A stretch of DNA of 62,855 bases, counting the filler, from Octopus bimaculoides (lineage: Eukaryota), in the NCBI RefSeq assembly GCF_001194135.2. It is 4 parts of 4 records of this genome, joined end to end, with 100 filler letters (N's around TTAATTAATTAA, not from the genome) between each part and the next. Parts side by side here need not be neighbours in the genome. Positions count along the whole stretch, not along the records: positions 1 to 11,723 come from NC_068994.1; positions 11,824 to 20,792 come from NW_026380964.1; 2 more parts are not named here. One strand, 5' to 3'. The translations under genes were made by a program, and so were the position numbers. This document shows positions 1 through 12,629 of this stretch, in pieces (the stretch's first letter is position 1; every line of letters begins with the position of its first letter). Below the pieces are notes generated by a model, which saw nothing but the letters and a program-made list of their open reading frames with translations, did no database searches and was not told where the DNA came from.

Positions 1-365
1 CCTTGAACCTTATTTTGGGTTTATATGCTGGTCTCCTACCATCCTCCAGCTCACCATAGAAAAGATGCTTGAGAAGCATTTCATCATTCATTCTTACCAG
101 ATGTCCACCCCACCTCAAACGACTTTGCAGAATCATTGATTCTACACTTCTACTACCACTTCTCTCAAGTACTTCCACATCACCGATGGCCATTTTCCAA
201 TTTATCCCAAGAATTTTTCTAAGACAATATTGATGATATCGTTTCAAATGCCATAAATACCTACGATAAACAACCCGTGTCTCACTACCATGTAGCAAAG
301 GTGACAAGACACGTGTTACAAACCCCAACCTCAATTTGGAAAGATATATATTGGCGTGATCAGAG
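1..365 (+). mobile_element. Highly decayed Penelope-like element fragment (linker/GIY-YIG endonuclease region), tentative
   Basis: GGA AAG ATA TAT ATT GGC (G-K-I-Y-I-G) at ~338-355 resembles the YIG half of a GIY-YIG motif. No continuous ORF survives; a 10-N gap follows. Confidence 0.3.
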
Positions 366-941
366 NNNNNNNNNNAGGGATTCACTTATTTCTAATCAAG
401 AAAGATCGTGACCATAATTGATTACACAGCGCTTCAACAATGAAGGTGGTCACATGTTGGTGTGTTGAGAACTGCAACTGCTGCTCTCCATATATTTGTT
501 ACGGCTGTGGCGATACTTCATTGTCGCTGATATGACGAATAACACAACAGAAAGAGAAAACAAAAACCTCAGAGTCTTTGATCCATCATATATGATAGCC
601 TTGCGAGGTTATCTTAGATTATAAGAAATAAGAAGGAGTTGCGCGCTTCCGCCTATATCGCAAGGTTATTTTAGAATATATAAATGAGCTGTGCGCTCAA
701 AAGCTGTGCCCTTTAGTGTCTCAAACAAAATATACCCTGTGGCAAGAGGAAGTCTTAAACCATTCTGTTTGTATGAGAGTACAAAAGATTGTCAAAGTTG
801 CTGAAGATCCCTCCGGAGGGCAAAGTACCTTGTAACTCGTTGCGTGTAGATGTTTGTCAAATGTTCGTCGTGCACCATCTCTTGTAACCCAGATAGAGAG
901 TATGTTTTCTTTTTTACTTTCTATATGCACTGCTTGGTTGG

Positions 942-990
942 GCGAGGCGCAATGGCCCAGTGGTTAGGGCAGCGGACTCGCGGTCATAGG
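942..990 (+). mobile_element. tRNA-derived SINE head fragment
   Basis: GGCGAGGCGCAATGGCCCAGTGGTTAGGGCAGCGGACTCGCGGTCATAGG: an A-box-like TGGCCCAGTGG, truncated before the B-box. Confidence 0.5.
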
Positions 991-1144
991 ATTATAATGC
1001 CTTCATTATAATCAAAATATCAAGAAAATATTATCAAACGTTTTAATAGCAGCAAACGTGTTTTATTTAAACACTTACCAATTTATAACCCTAATCTCTA
1101 CATCTGCCAGTGGACTACGTTGAGTAACCTTTATTCATGTTTGT

Positions 1145-1330
1145 AAGACGCTGTGCGGTAGATTCGTTAGCACGCCAGCGGCATTTCATCCACGTTCAAA
1201 TTCCACCGCGATCGACGGTTCCCTTGATCCTTTTGTTGTTGATGATATAAGTACCAGTCTAACTTAGGGGTGAATATGATCGACTACTCACTCCAACAAA
1301 TTTCAAGCCTTTCTCTTATAGTAGAAAGGA
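1145..1330 (+). mobile_element. Degenerate copy of SINE family B
   Basis: Matches the in-window family B consensus (GTTAGCACGCC, TTCAAATTCC, AAGTACCAGT, GATCGACT, TAGTAGAAAGG) with many substitutions. Confidence 0.6.
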
Positions 1331-1719
1331 ATATTTCATGTACGATTTTAATTTACCCATCCTCACTATCATATCTCCTAACAGTTACGCGATTGTTTAC
1401 AATGAAATAATATTGTGTGAATATATCGAAAGTGAAGTATCGTTTCTGGTTGGAACCTCCAGGTTTCCTGTCCTGAAATTGCCTGGCTAAGGGTTCATAC
1501 GGTTGGAGGAACAATACCGGACACCTTGTAACTATGTTATGGTATCAACCAGCATGTTACAGAGGGTGCTTAAGAACTCAAAGGTGCATAAAACGGCAGA
1601 CACACACAATTGTGTCCCCNNNNNNNNNNNNNNNNNNNNNNNNNNNNNNNNNNNNNNNNNNNNNNNNNNNNNNNNNNNNNNNNNNNNNNNNNNNNNNNNN
1701 NNNNNNNNNNNNNNNNNNN

Positions 1720-1764
<45 letters not shown>

Positions 1765-2366
1765 GAGTGGGAGAGGAAACGAAAGAAACATTAAAATGTC
1801 TGATGTCAAAGAAGTCAACGTTGGATCAGCAACACCAAATAAGCAGCGCAAACGTCTCATCTTCAAAAATATCCCACATCACTTGTGATTCGGTCATCAC
1901 AAGTTACCTCCTATTGTCTTCTGTTATAGAATCTATAATGGTTTTATTGCCGTTCGGACTCAGTAAGTAGTTTCCCTTACATCTTACACACTTTACCTCT
2001 GATAGCACTTCATCGTTTTTGTTTAGTCCCTTGTCAGCCTTCATCAAACACATTTCTAGCAGTGACCGTCTCCCCTTTATTTTCAAGTATAGTGTAGTTA
2101 TGGGATCTTTGTGATTTGACGGGCAACACTTGTTTTCTTAACGAAACACTTTCAAACTTGGGACACTGGTAGAATGTGTCATATAAAACAACTTCTTCTC
2201 TTAACCTTCTTAACAAAAAATTGTACATCGCAAGTTATTTCATGTTAAAGTTGTCGTATTTCTGTAATTTCAACCAATCACTGACGTCTATTCAGCTGAA
2301 TACAGTTAGTGCTGTTCGGTGTTAAGTGTGTTATTCCCTGTTTAATTATATCATTATTCCCAAGTA

Positions 2367-2448
2367 AGGGTTTAGGGTTTTAGGGTTAGGATTCGGGTTT
2401 TAGGGTTAGGGTTCGGGTTTTAGGGTTCGGGTTTCAGGGTTAGGGTTG
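2367..2448 (+). repeat. Interstitial telomere-like repeat array (TTAGGG with TTTAGGG, TTTTAGGG and TTCGGG variants) running into an N gap
   Basis: Directly visible, e.g. TTTAGGGTTTTAGGGTTAGGATTCGGGTTTTAGGGTTAGGGTTCGGG. Confidence 0.85.
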
Positions 2449-3334
2449 NNNNNNNNNNNNNNNNNNNNNNNNNNNNNNNNNNNNNNNNNNNNNNNNNNNN
2501 NNNNNNNNNNNNNNNNNNNNNNNNNNNNNNNNNNNNNNNNNNNNNNNNNNNNNNNNNNNNNNNNNNNNNNNNNNNNNNNNNNNNNNNNNNNNNNNNNNNN
2601 NNNNNNNNNNNNNNNNNNNNNNNNNNNNNNNNNNNNNNNNNNNNNNNNNNNNNNNNNNNNNNNNNNNNNNNNNNNNNNNNNNNNNNNNNNNNNNNNNNNN
2701 NNNNNNNNNNNNNNNNNNNNNNNNNNNNNNNNNNNNNNNNNNNNNNNNNNNNNNNNNNNNNNNNNNNNNNNNNNNNNNNNNNNNNNNNNNNNNNNNNNNN
2801 NNNNNNNNNNNNNNNNNNNNNNNNNNNNNNNNNNNNNNNNNNNNNNNNNNNNNNNNNNNNNNNNAAAACCAGTACAAACGCACGAACGATGTCATAAATA
2901 ACAATGACAAACGAAATATATACCGCTGATAGTTGTTGTTGACAACGTCACTAATTTTATTCAAGGGAAAAAATCCCGTAACACCGTTGTTTACATTCCA
3001 CGGCGTAATTGTTTTCACCTCAATAGACGTCAGTGATTGGTTGAAATCACCGAAATACGACAATTTTTTACATGAAATAATTTCGAATACAAAATTTTTT
3101 ATGTGTTCTATAACACAAAATATACAAGTATTCGAAGTTTGAAAGTGTTTCGGTACCAAAAACACTACATAAAAAAATGTTGCCCATCAAATCATAAAGA
3201 TCCTAGTTATTACCATATTACGAAATATGTTCGTTTTCTTTTTTTAAGGGACAATAGGATGTGAGTGACTGCTGTTTCTAGAAAGTGGAACGGCCTAATA
3301 GAGGCTTTCCACATTAAACCATCGATTCACCGAT

Positions 3335-3490
3335 GTCTTTAGAATTGATGATAATGATAACGATAACGATGATGTTGTTGATGATGATGATGATGATGAT
3401 AGTTATATTGATAGCGAAGTTGTTGTTGATGATGATGATGATGATGATGATGGTGGTGGTGTTGATGACGATAACGATGATGATGATGCT
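3335..3490 (+). repeat. (GAT)n / (GTT)n compound trinucleotide microsatellite
   Basis: Visible GATGATGAT tracts; the source of spurious poly-M and poly-S ORFs. Confidence 0.9.
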
Positions 3491-4392
3491 ATCAAAAAAC
3501 CTAAGCTATTTATATAACATTTAACATGTCTCATTGTTAACAGAACGCTTTGTGCATCGACTTCCCATAATTTTCTGCTCGACTTTCCATGGCGAAGCAC
3601 AACAATATTGAACAAATCAACTTGCGTAACGACTGACGACATGAAAGCTATTTTATTTACAATCATTTCTACTTGAATAAATTCCATTTTTCTTCTTTGT
3701 TTTTATAAGCTTTCTTGTTTTATATCCTTTTCACCGTATCTGGTCGAGGGTTAAACTACACAATCACCTCAGATATGTGTGGACATGTTTTATAACAAAT
3801 GGACTCAAACTCATCGAAAAACTTCCAACGCCAACAGCAGCACCGCCGCCGTCGCCACCATCATCAGCAACGTTCGCTCGATGGCGGCTTACAGCTGATA
3901 TTTTTTATTAATTTGTTATATACTGTTGTCACAACAATCCCGTGTTTCCATAGTTTTCTTTATTTACATTATTTATGTGTGTGCAGCATGTGTGTGTGTG
4001 TGTGTGTGAATATATATATATATATATATATANNNNNNNNNNNNNNNNNNNNNNNNNNNNNNNNNNNNNNNNNNNNNNNNNNNNNNNNNNNNNNNNNNNN
4101 NNNNNNNNNNNNNNNNNNNNNNNNNNNNNNNNNNNNNNNNNNNNNNNNNNNNNNNNNNNNNNNNNNNNNNNNNNNNNNNNNNNNNNNNNNNNNNNNNNNN
4201 NNNNNNNNNNNNNNNNNNNNNNNNNNNNNNNNNNNNNNNNNNNNNNNNNNNNNNNNNNNNNNNNNNNNNNNNNNNNNNNNNNNNNNNNNNNNNNNNNNNN
4301 NNNNNNNNNNNNNNNNNNNNNNNNNNNNNNNNNNNNNNNNNNNNNNNNNNNNNNNNNNNNNNNNNNNNNNNNNNNNNNNNNNNNNNNNNNNN

Positions 4393-4437
<45 letters not shown>

Positions 4438-4477
4438 CAAGTTGTAACGAAAGATCTGTCCGTTTTAGAAAGGCTCG

Positions 4478-4672
4478 AAATTTTTAGGGAGGGAACCAGT
4501 CGATTAGATCGACCCCAGTACGCAACTGGTACTTAATTTATCGACCCCTCCCCCCGAAAGGATGAAAGGTAAAGTCGACTTCGGCGGAATTTGAACTCAG
4601 AACGTAATGACAGACGAAATACCACTAAGCATTTCACCCGGTGTGCTAACGACTCTGCCAGCTCGCCGCCTT
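4478..4672 (-). mobile_element. tRNA-derived SINE, family B (head GGCGGCGAGCTGGCAGA...GAGTTCAAATTCCGCCGA)
   Basis: The reverse complement has pol III A-box-like (GAGCTGGCAGAG) and B-box-like (GAGTTCAAATTCC) motifs and the body CTTTCATCCTTTCGGGGTCGATAAATTAAGTACCAGT, which recurs more than 10 times in the window. Confidence 0.9.
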
Positions 4673-4710
4673 AGCTCAATAAAATAATAAGAAGACAATA
4701 TCTGATTTAT

Positions 4711-5735
4711 TTATTCGTTAATATAGTCACCATTCTTTCCAATGACCTGTTTTCATCTGTCAATAAGATTTTTAATGTCACGTTTATAAAATTCCTTAGG
4801 TTTAGAAGTGGAAAAGGAAATTGACTCATTTTCGACTTCGGCTCTTAAAGTAAGTCTAGTCCACTCAAATGATTTTGTAAACTTCTAAAGAGATGGTGAT
4901 TTGCAAATTGCAAGGTCCAGAGAATAGGGTGGGTGGGTGACGTATAATTTCTCAGGTATATTTTTCCAGGAGATCATTGGTCTTTTGAGCAGTGTGGTCT
5001 AGCGTTGTCATGATGAAAGATGACTCCTTTTCTTTTAGTTAACGATGGACATTTTTGCTGCAAAGCTGTTTTCAAATATGTTAGCTGTTGGCAGTATACA
5101 TCGGTTGTCATTGTTTGATTATCATCAAGCAGCTCGTGATGAATTAATCTATGAATATCCCAACATACACTCAAAAGAATCTTCCTTGGATGCTGGCCAC
5201 TTTTAGGCTGCTGAATTGGCCCTTCATCACAACTGAGTCACTGACGTTTTCGCTTAACATTATGGTAAAGTATTCATTTTTCATTACCAGTAATGACTAT
5301 TCAAAGAAGGCATTTTTTGCCCACCAGATCGCAATGATGCATAATAGTCAACACGTTGTTTGCGATTATCTGTAGAGAGATTATGCGGGAACCGTTTTCC
5401 AACTTTTGACACTTTGGGAGGCCTTTACAATTCACGGTAAATGGTAGTATGGCTCACGTTGAAGCTCATGCTTAATCCCCGAACTATAACAGCTGGGTTT
5501 GCTTCAACAATGGCTTTCAATGCGTCAGGATATAGCCCTCCTGGGCGCCCTTCTCTTGATTTATTCGGCAGGCTGTAGTTTTTATGAACTGTGAAAACTA
5601 TCAGCATGTTCTTTCAGTCACTACGCCATTACCATAAGTGTTTTGGAGTGATTTTCTTGCTGTACTTACACTATTCTTTTTTCGAAATTCATAAAGAATA
5701 ATGTGACGAATATGTTCTTTGCTTTGAGTGAACAT
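4711..5735 (-). pseudogene. Near full-length mariner (Hsmar/SETMAR-like) transposase pseudogene
   Basis: N-terminus MFTQSKEHIRHIILYEFRKK; HTH region LKAIVEANPAVIVRGLSMSFNVSHTTIYREL; DDD region SVCWDIHRLIHHELL...YCQQL...KRKGVIFHHDNARPH; later HLFRSLQNHLSG. Many stops and frameshifts; SINEs sit at both ends. Confidence 0.9.
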
Positions 5736-5801
5736 GGGGCAAACTTCAATTATGAAAAGAAAGTTGAAAGTCCGAAAGAAAATGAAAGAAAATTATATAT
5801 A

Positions 5802-6207
5802 GGCGCAAGAGTGGCGGTGTGGTAAGTAGCTTGCTTACCAACCACATGGTTCTGGGTTGGCACCTTGGGCAAGTGTCTATAGCCTCGGGCCGACCAAAGC
5901 CTTGTGAGTGGATTTGGTAGACGGAAACTGAAGGAAGCCCGTCGTATATATGTATATATATATATATATATATATGTGTGTATGTGTGTATATGTTTGTG
6001 TGTCTGTGTTTGTCCCCCCCAACTTCGCTTGACAACTGAGGCTGGTGTGTTTATGTCCCCGTAACTTAGCGGTTCGGCAAAAAGAGACCGATAGAATAAG
6101 TGCTAGGCTTACAAAGAATAAGTCCTGGGATCGATTTGCTCGACTAAAAGACGGTGCCCCAGCATGGACGCAGTCAAATGACTGAAACAAGTAAAGGAGT
6201 AAAAGAG
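5802..6207 (+). mobile_element. tRNA-derived SINE, family A (internal microsatellite, GAGTAAAA tail)
   Basis: Head GGCGCAAGAGTGGCGGTGTGGTAAG, body GCCTTGTGAGTGGATTTGGTAGACGGAAACTG, internal (TA/TG)n, tail GAAACAAGTAAAGGAGTAAAAGAG. About 10 copies in the window. Confidence 0.9.
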
Positions 6208-7967
6208 TATATATTAATGATTTCGTCGTATTTCATATAGAATTGGGAAGTTAAACATACACACGCATGCATACACACACAGATACATTCATTCATACAT
6301 ACATACATACATACATACATGCATACATGTATATATATANNNNNNNNNNNNNNNNNNNNNNNNNNNNNNNNNNNNNNNNNNNNNNNNNNNNNNNNNNNNN
6401 NNNNNNNNNNNNNNNNNNNNNNNNNNNNNNNNNNNNNNNNNNNNNNNNNNNNNNNNNNNNNNNNNNNNNNNNNNNNNNNNNNNNNNNNNNNNNNNNNNNN
6501 NNNNNNNNNNNNNNNNNNNNNNNNNNNNNNNNNNNNNNNNNNNNNNNNNNNNNNNNNNNNNNNNNNNNNNNNNNNNNNNNNNNNNNNNNNNNNNNNNNNN
6601 NNNNNNNNNNNNNNNNNNNNNNNNNNNNNNNNNNNNNNNNNNNNNNNNNNNNNNNNNNNNNNNNNNNNNNNNNNNNNNNNNNNNNNNNNNGTGTGTGTAT
6701 TGCATTCATTTCCCCCCAAGAAATGAATGAAAAAGAGTTACAAGCCTTTAAAATTATATAATTTTAGCCAATTGGCTGCCTCACTTGTCAGATACAACGG
6801 ATATCCTTCATGACTGTCTTTCTCCGTGGGAACAGCATACACGAAACCTTTTTATGGTCTCTCGATATGCTAGAAATAGCAGCAAAGTCTTGCTTAAACT
6901 ATACCATAACAGCTAAAACAATCAAAAAGAGACGACATATTGTGCCATAGCATTTTTCATTTCCTCGCCTGAGGCTGGCCCAAGAGTTTCCAATTGTTGA
7001 ATGTTGCCAATAACATTTAAATCAAAGTCAATCTCCAAGGATGTGAAATTTTATCGATCCCATGACCCTTCAAACACTTACTTTCTCTTTTCTTATGGTA
7101 AAATTGTTCTACAAGGTTTAGTGGTGAAGAAAGAATACCAACAAAACCATCAATGCTATCATCATCATCGTCGTCGTCATCAATACTACATTTCATTCAT
7201 TAACAACAGTGGTAATTAATTCTTTCTTCACCCTTTTACCACAAGAAGAGTGGAAGTACATTTAATATCGATCTTCGGTGAGCAGTAAGTGGTTTAAGGG
7301 TCGTGAGTTCGATAAAATTTACATCCGTGGAAACTGATTTCGTCATTCAGATTATCCTGTCAAATATAATGCTTATTTATTCATATTGATTTGAATTAAT
7401 CATGCATTCTCTTGTAGCTTTCAGATTTTGATGGTGTGATTGTTTATTCTTATAATGACATTATAGGGTAGATAACAGAGGTCAGACCTGGCCAGTTTTT
7501 ATATAAAAGAGGATGTTTTGGCCAGACATGGCCGGTTTGAATGCTAAAGGATTAAATTTTATTCATAACACTCAACAAGTGGCCTGCCTCAAGCGAAGAA
7601 ATGAACGGTTCTGCAGCACGTTTCGTCCTTTTTTTAAAAAAAAAACATTATGGCGTAGATTGAAGAAAATTTGACTGCTATTTCTAGCAAGTCAACGCAA
7701 TTAAATAAAAAATGGAGGTTACCGAAACCAATTTCTTTCAAACGTGGCCTTCATATGAAACCCTTAAATATGAAATATATATATATATATANNNNNNNNN
7801 NNNNNNNNNNNNNNNNNNNNNNNNNNNNNNNNNNNNNNNNNNNNNNNNNNNNNNNNNNNNNNNNNNNNNNNNNNNNNNNNNNNNNNNNNNNNNNNNNNNN
7901 NNNNNNNNNNNNNNNNNNNNNNNNNNNNNNNNNNNNNNNNNNNNNNNNNNNNNNNNNNNNNNNNNNC

Positions 7968-10900
7968 TAATATTTGCTGAGTTATGACCCATTTGAAATT
8001 TTCAAAAAAGTGACATTTTTTCGGTTACTCAATAACTTTGAGAAGTCATATCTCAGCTACTATTTGAGCTAGAAAGCTAAATTTTTTTCATTTTAAAACA
8101 TTTAAATAGATCAGCAACTTTTGTTTTGTGTATTTTTTCCTTATGATAAAATAAAAAAAAGTTGACCTAAAATTTGACGTTTGACCATTCATAGGTCAAA
8201 AGACGTGGTCATCGATGTTTTTGAAATATTGTCCAAATATTGCCCTACTTAGTACAACTCATATAAAAAAAAAATTCATACTGGGATCTCAATGGCAAGT
8301 ATTTTTAATAAATATAATTATTGTAGTGACAATAAGTAGTGACAAATTATCAAAAATCGCTTACTAAACAAGACAACTTGAGCTTGAAGGAGAAAACAAA
8401 GTACTGATAATCAAAATAAGCATTTTTATTATTTCAGTAATAATATCTACTTTAACTACTTTTCTGCTCTGCTATGGTCAATGGTGGCTATGCCACTGCT
8501 AACACTTAGAATCATCAAACAAATTGTTTGCATCCCCATCGCCTAAGGGGCCACTCTGATAGCTTAGCAGAGGAAGCCACATGTCGCAACCTCCCACACT
8601 TGCTTTACTTTAAATGATTAGGCAGTTGTTAGATGGAATTCTGAAATCTTCGAATTTAATGAGATAATTCTCTTGAAATTGATAATTGTGATGCATGTTT
8701 CATTTCTTTTTCTGTCAAAGTATGTTCTTCCTGTAGCAGTTCTGGGGTCAAATTTACAGAGGATATCTAAATAACCCACTGTTAAAACATTTGACTTTCT
8801 AGGATACTGAAATGATGATGAGGGTCCTTTAGGTTCAAGAAAGGTTAGTTTAGCTTGTATAGTTTCTGAGTATATTTCTAGAATACAGGCTAACCACCAG
8901 TCACTATCATAAATTGCAACTACAAACCCATTTAGATCCTCAAATTAAATAGTATCTGGCATGGAGACTCTAATTTTAGTATAACTATCTATTTTAGATA
9001 TCATTTTTACAATTTTTGAAGTTGAGTTTGGGATAAATCAATGCAACTTTTGTGTCCCTGGAATTGTCCTTGCCTTTCCAAATCTCTCTTTCAATAGATT
9101 TTTCTCATTCTGAATTTCATCATTTGAAGAGTAGATAAAATCAATTCCTGGAATGTTTTCCTGACCATATCCATAAAGTTGTCTTTTATCATAAAGATTT
9201 GTTCATTGAAAGGGCATTGTAAACTTGCCCGAGCTGCCATTCGTTTAATTGTACCTCCAAAGCCATCACAAGGTCCCTTGCCATGAGAAGTAGTAAAGAA
9301 GTGCCACTCTGCATCAGTCTGGAAATCTATAGAATGGTTGCATAAATTTATAAAATTCTTACAATTTTTTATATTGTGAAGCAACACATCTATCTGAAAA
9401 ATAGATAGTTTTGTTGATATTAAAAGCTTTGCCTCAAAGGAAATCCATCAGTTTTTTTTTTTTGGAAGAGATGGACTGCTAATGTATCATGCTTCATACA
9501 GTGTCGGATATAATAACAACATTGATGTTAATCACATCATTGTTTAGTTTATAATAGAAAAACGGATAGATAGTGGCTTGGGCATTGTTCCAATGAAATC
9601 CTTGTACAGCATCTTGCAAGATGAATGAATAATTCTCTGAAAAATTTGCTATGACTAAGATTTCTCCTTCTCTTAAAGATTCTTTTCTTAAAGTATAAAA
9701 TTTAGATTGTTCCTTTGCATTGAAATCATGTACAATTTGAACAGTTGCCCATGTAGCAGTCATTTGTTGTTGGATTGCAAGTGATTGATTCCAAACATTG
9801 TTTATAATGAATCAAGTGAAACTTCATATTCTTGGTTAAATCAGATAGTTTCATGCCAGAAATCATTAATTTGACATTCTGATGAATGGTGCATACACAT
9901 ACATTATGTGCACTAGCACTACAAGCAAGTATGCATTCTTTTGGCCTTAGCTCTGAAATTTTTGAGAAGCTAATTTTGATCTCAGGATATTTTGGTTTAA
10001 GCAATTGGAAGGCTTCCTTTAAGTTACAAAATATGAAGTACTTTTGCCCATGAACTCGTTTGTCATCTTTTTAATTAATTTGTAATCCTTTTTTCCAGTC
10101 ATAACTCTGCTTACTTCATTTTTATAAAACTTAGAAACATAATTGGCAGTTTCTTGAGGAAATGTACTTTTTCTATGGCTAGGATGTGATAAAACCCCTT
10201 GCTCATTGACCAGCCTTTTATCTTGTCGAGCCATGTAATCAGGCACATTGAACTCCTTTTGGATTTTCCTCAGGGACCAGCTTTTTGTCAGAATTGTTAA
10301 AATTTGCAGTTTCTCTGATCTTTTTTTTCTGTTGTGAATTTTTCTTTTAACAGCTTGATTATTTCACTTTTAGGGTGATGATCTTTAAGTTCTTTTGATG
10401 ATTCACCGACATCCCTTCTAGGTGAAATGATTTGCATCTTTTGAGCAAAAGAATTTTCGATTTATTTTCTTTTTTTCTCAGCATACATGATGCTAGTTTC
10501 TATCTTATGTCTTTTTTTTATTGGAGATTCTCCAATTTCAGACAGAGCATTGTTGAGGATCTCTAATTCTGCATTTTCTTCTCGGAAGACATCTGTTGAT
10601 GATGAAGTCACTTCAATGGTAGTTAATATGTCATCTCTCGTATCGTCTGATGATGGTTTAATTTGAAATGTGGGCAAAGTTTTTCTACAAGAGTCGTATT
10701 TTTTGTCCGGGAATTAGGCTTGCTTTAGGATACTTTGTGGCAAAATCTGCTGTAATTGATCTTAAACTATTTTTCACAGGTGCTTTATGATTTTTAAATG
10801 GGTCAAAACATTTTCTTGCTTAGCTAAAAATCTTTCTTTTACATCCATCTGTAACCAGAAATTAACTAAAATGGTCATATACATTTAATCTGAAAAAAAA

Positions 10901-11206
10901 AAAAACGAATTAAGCGATTTAATTAGGCTGTATAACACGAACCATAGTTAATAGAAGGCCTTATAACTACAGTTCTCTTTGAGATCCCAGTATAGATTTT
11001 TCTATGTGAGTTGTGACTAAGTAGGGCAATATTTGGACAAAATTTCAAAAAATCGATAGGTCCTTTGACCTATGAAAGGCCAAAGGTCAAATTTTAGATC
11101 AACTTTTTTTAATTTTTATTGTAAGGAAAAGATACTCTAAACGAATGTAGGTATATTTAAATGCTTTAAAATATGTATTAATGTCAGGTCATTTGTGAAG
11201 TGTCTC
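7968..11206 (-). mobile_element. Sola2-like DNA transposon with long subterminal inverted repeats
   Basis: Inverted homology between ~8100-8292 and ~10978-11170 (e.g. GTCCAAATATTGCCCTACTTAGT / ACTAAGTAGGGCAATATTTGGAC; ATACTGGGATCTCAA / TTGAGATCCCAGTAT). The right end reads 5'-GAG on the minus strand at 11206. The left end is probably in the N gap. Confidence 0.75.
8570..10830 (-). pseudogene. Frameshifted Sola2-type DDD transposase
   Basis: Minus-strand pieces: LRPKECILA...HNVCVCTIHQNVKLM; Cys cluster CNPTTNDCYMGNCSNC; ANFSENYSFILQDAVQGFHWNNAQAT (the first catalytic D appears as N); FSDRCVASQYKN; WHFFTTSHGKGPCDGFGGTIKR. The superfamily call rests on my recall of the DFxENY / SDxxxxQYKN / HGKGPCDG signature. 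Confidence 0.8.
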
Positions 11207-11214
11207 ATGAGTGC

Positions 11215-11470
11215 TACTGGTACAACCTGTTGCATGGTCGGGTTGTCGGCAACTGAACCCACCACCCTCACCCCAAACACTACTAAGCTTGTCTGATGGG
11301 GAAGGTTGCTAGAAACCTAGCATGACTGAAACAAAACCTGTCAAAAGGATGGATAAACCTAGTGTATGTTCAACGCCTATCTAGTAATGGCACAGGCCCT
11401 CAGAAATTCCAAGCTGGTGTTCGGCGTGTTGGAAAACTACAGGGAGCAAAGCATCTCTCAGCTTTTGCAA
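11215..11470 (+). mobile_element. Probable 5' end of an RTE-like non-LTR retrotransposon
   Basis: GC-richer structured segment resembling RTE 5' UTRs, with a degenerate HDV-like pairing pattern (see findings). No diagnostic ORF. Confidence 0.3.
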
Positions 11471-11690
11471 AAGCATATCTCTAGCAGGTTACTCTGATAT
11501 AAAACCAGATATGCAGATATTTTGCCATGGCTTGTCTTTGGATCATATCAATAGGGTGGAGAGGGTTTGTGAAGTATTGCACAAACTGAAGCTGACTGCT
11601 GGTGCATTGACCTCATTCACATTCATTGCTGGCATTTTGCATGAGAAATGGTCTGTGACGGTCTTCCTCGGTCACGCTAGAGCAGCCACA

Positions 11691-11723
<33 letters not shown>

Positions 11724-11917
11724 NNNNNNNNNNNNNNNNNNNNNNNNNNNNNNNNNNNNNNNNNNNNTTAATTAATTAANNNNNNNNNNNNNNNNNNNNN
11801 NNNNNNNNNNNNNNNNNNNNNNNATATATATGTATGTATGTATGTATATATATATATATATGTATGTATTTATTTATTTATTTATTTATTTATATATATA
11901 CATTCATACATTATATA

Positions 11918-12198
11918 GTCCAATGCCTACCGAAGCCTTGAGAGTGGATTTCATAAACGGAAACTGAAAGAAAACTGTCATATATGTGTGTATTTGTGTG
12001 TATATGTTGGTACCCCTACTGTCACTTGACAAATGATGTCGCTGTGTTTACGTCCCTGTAACTTAGCCATTTGACAAAACACACCGATTGAACAAGTACT
12101 AGACTTACAAAAAACAAATCCTCGAGTCAATTTCTCCAGCTAAAGGCGGTGCTCCAGCATGGCCACAGTGACATAACTGAAACAAAACAATAAAAAAG
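11918..12198 (+). mobile_element. SINE family A, 5'-truncated degenerate copy
   Basis: GAAGCCTTGAGAGTGGATTTCATAAACGGAAACTG ... TAAAGGCGGTGCTCCAGCATGGCCACAG. Confidence 0.8.
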
Positions 12199-12353
12199 TA
12201 TGCCATTTTAATCCCGAGCACCCCCGGGTATCTTTGGTTGTTACATTTATTTGATAACATAATAAGTTAGATAGGATGATGTCTATATTACAATAACTAA
12301 TAATAATGTTGTGCATGTATAGTAATATTATGATCATTATTATTTTCTTTAAG

Positions 12354-12629
12354 GCGATGAAAGATTTCTTGAATCGTTTGAACTATTGTCTTTCTGTAAC
12401 TTGCTGGTTCCATCAGAATTATTATCTCAAAATGTAGGAGGGACAAAAACATTTTAGAAATTGATTTTTCTTAAATAGTTGAATGTTACTATTTTTTGGC
12501 AACTTTGTTTTTTATTCTAACACAGCTAGAATAGTTATTTTCTTATGCTAACTATTCAAATGTTGAAGATGAAACCTGTTTATGGCAGTTCATGAAAATG
12601 GACTCGAATGGCTATATGTCTGGTCAACA
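12354..12629 (+). CDS. Two candidate small upstream exons (12354-12433, 12526-12629) of the + strand gene; the second is disrupted as assembled
   Basis: TTTTCTTTAAG acceptor, then (G)DERFLESFELLSFCNLLVPSELLSQN, a 92-nt GT..AG intron, then LE*LFSYANYSNVEDE / LFMAVHENGLEWLYVWST with a GTATGT donor. The model needs one in-frame TAG (12532) and a 1-nt deletion. Confidence 0.3.

Noticed and set aside
799-840. CTGAAGA followed by the palindrome CCCTCCGGAGGG
   Set aside because: It lacks the GAAA and UH elements in register and a stem I, so it is not a hammerhead.
3799-4536. Long ORFs through N gaps and (TA)/(CA)/(GA) microsatellites (many in the ORF track)
   Set aside because: They are open only because Ns and dinucleotide runs lack stops; no coding evidence.
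11768-11779. TTAATTAATTAA embedded in N runs (also 20837-20848 and 52060-52071)
   Set aside because: An identical 12-mer centred in three gaps, with stops in all six frames: an artificial scaffold-join marker, not biology.
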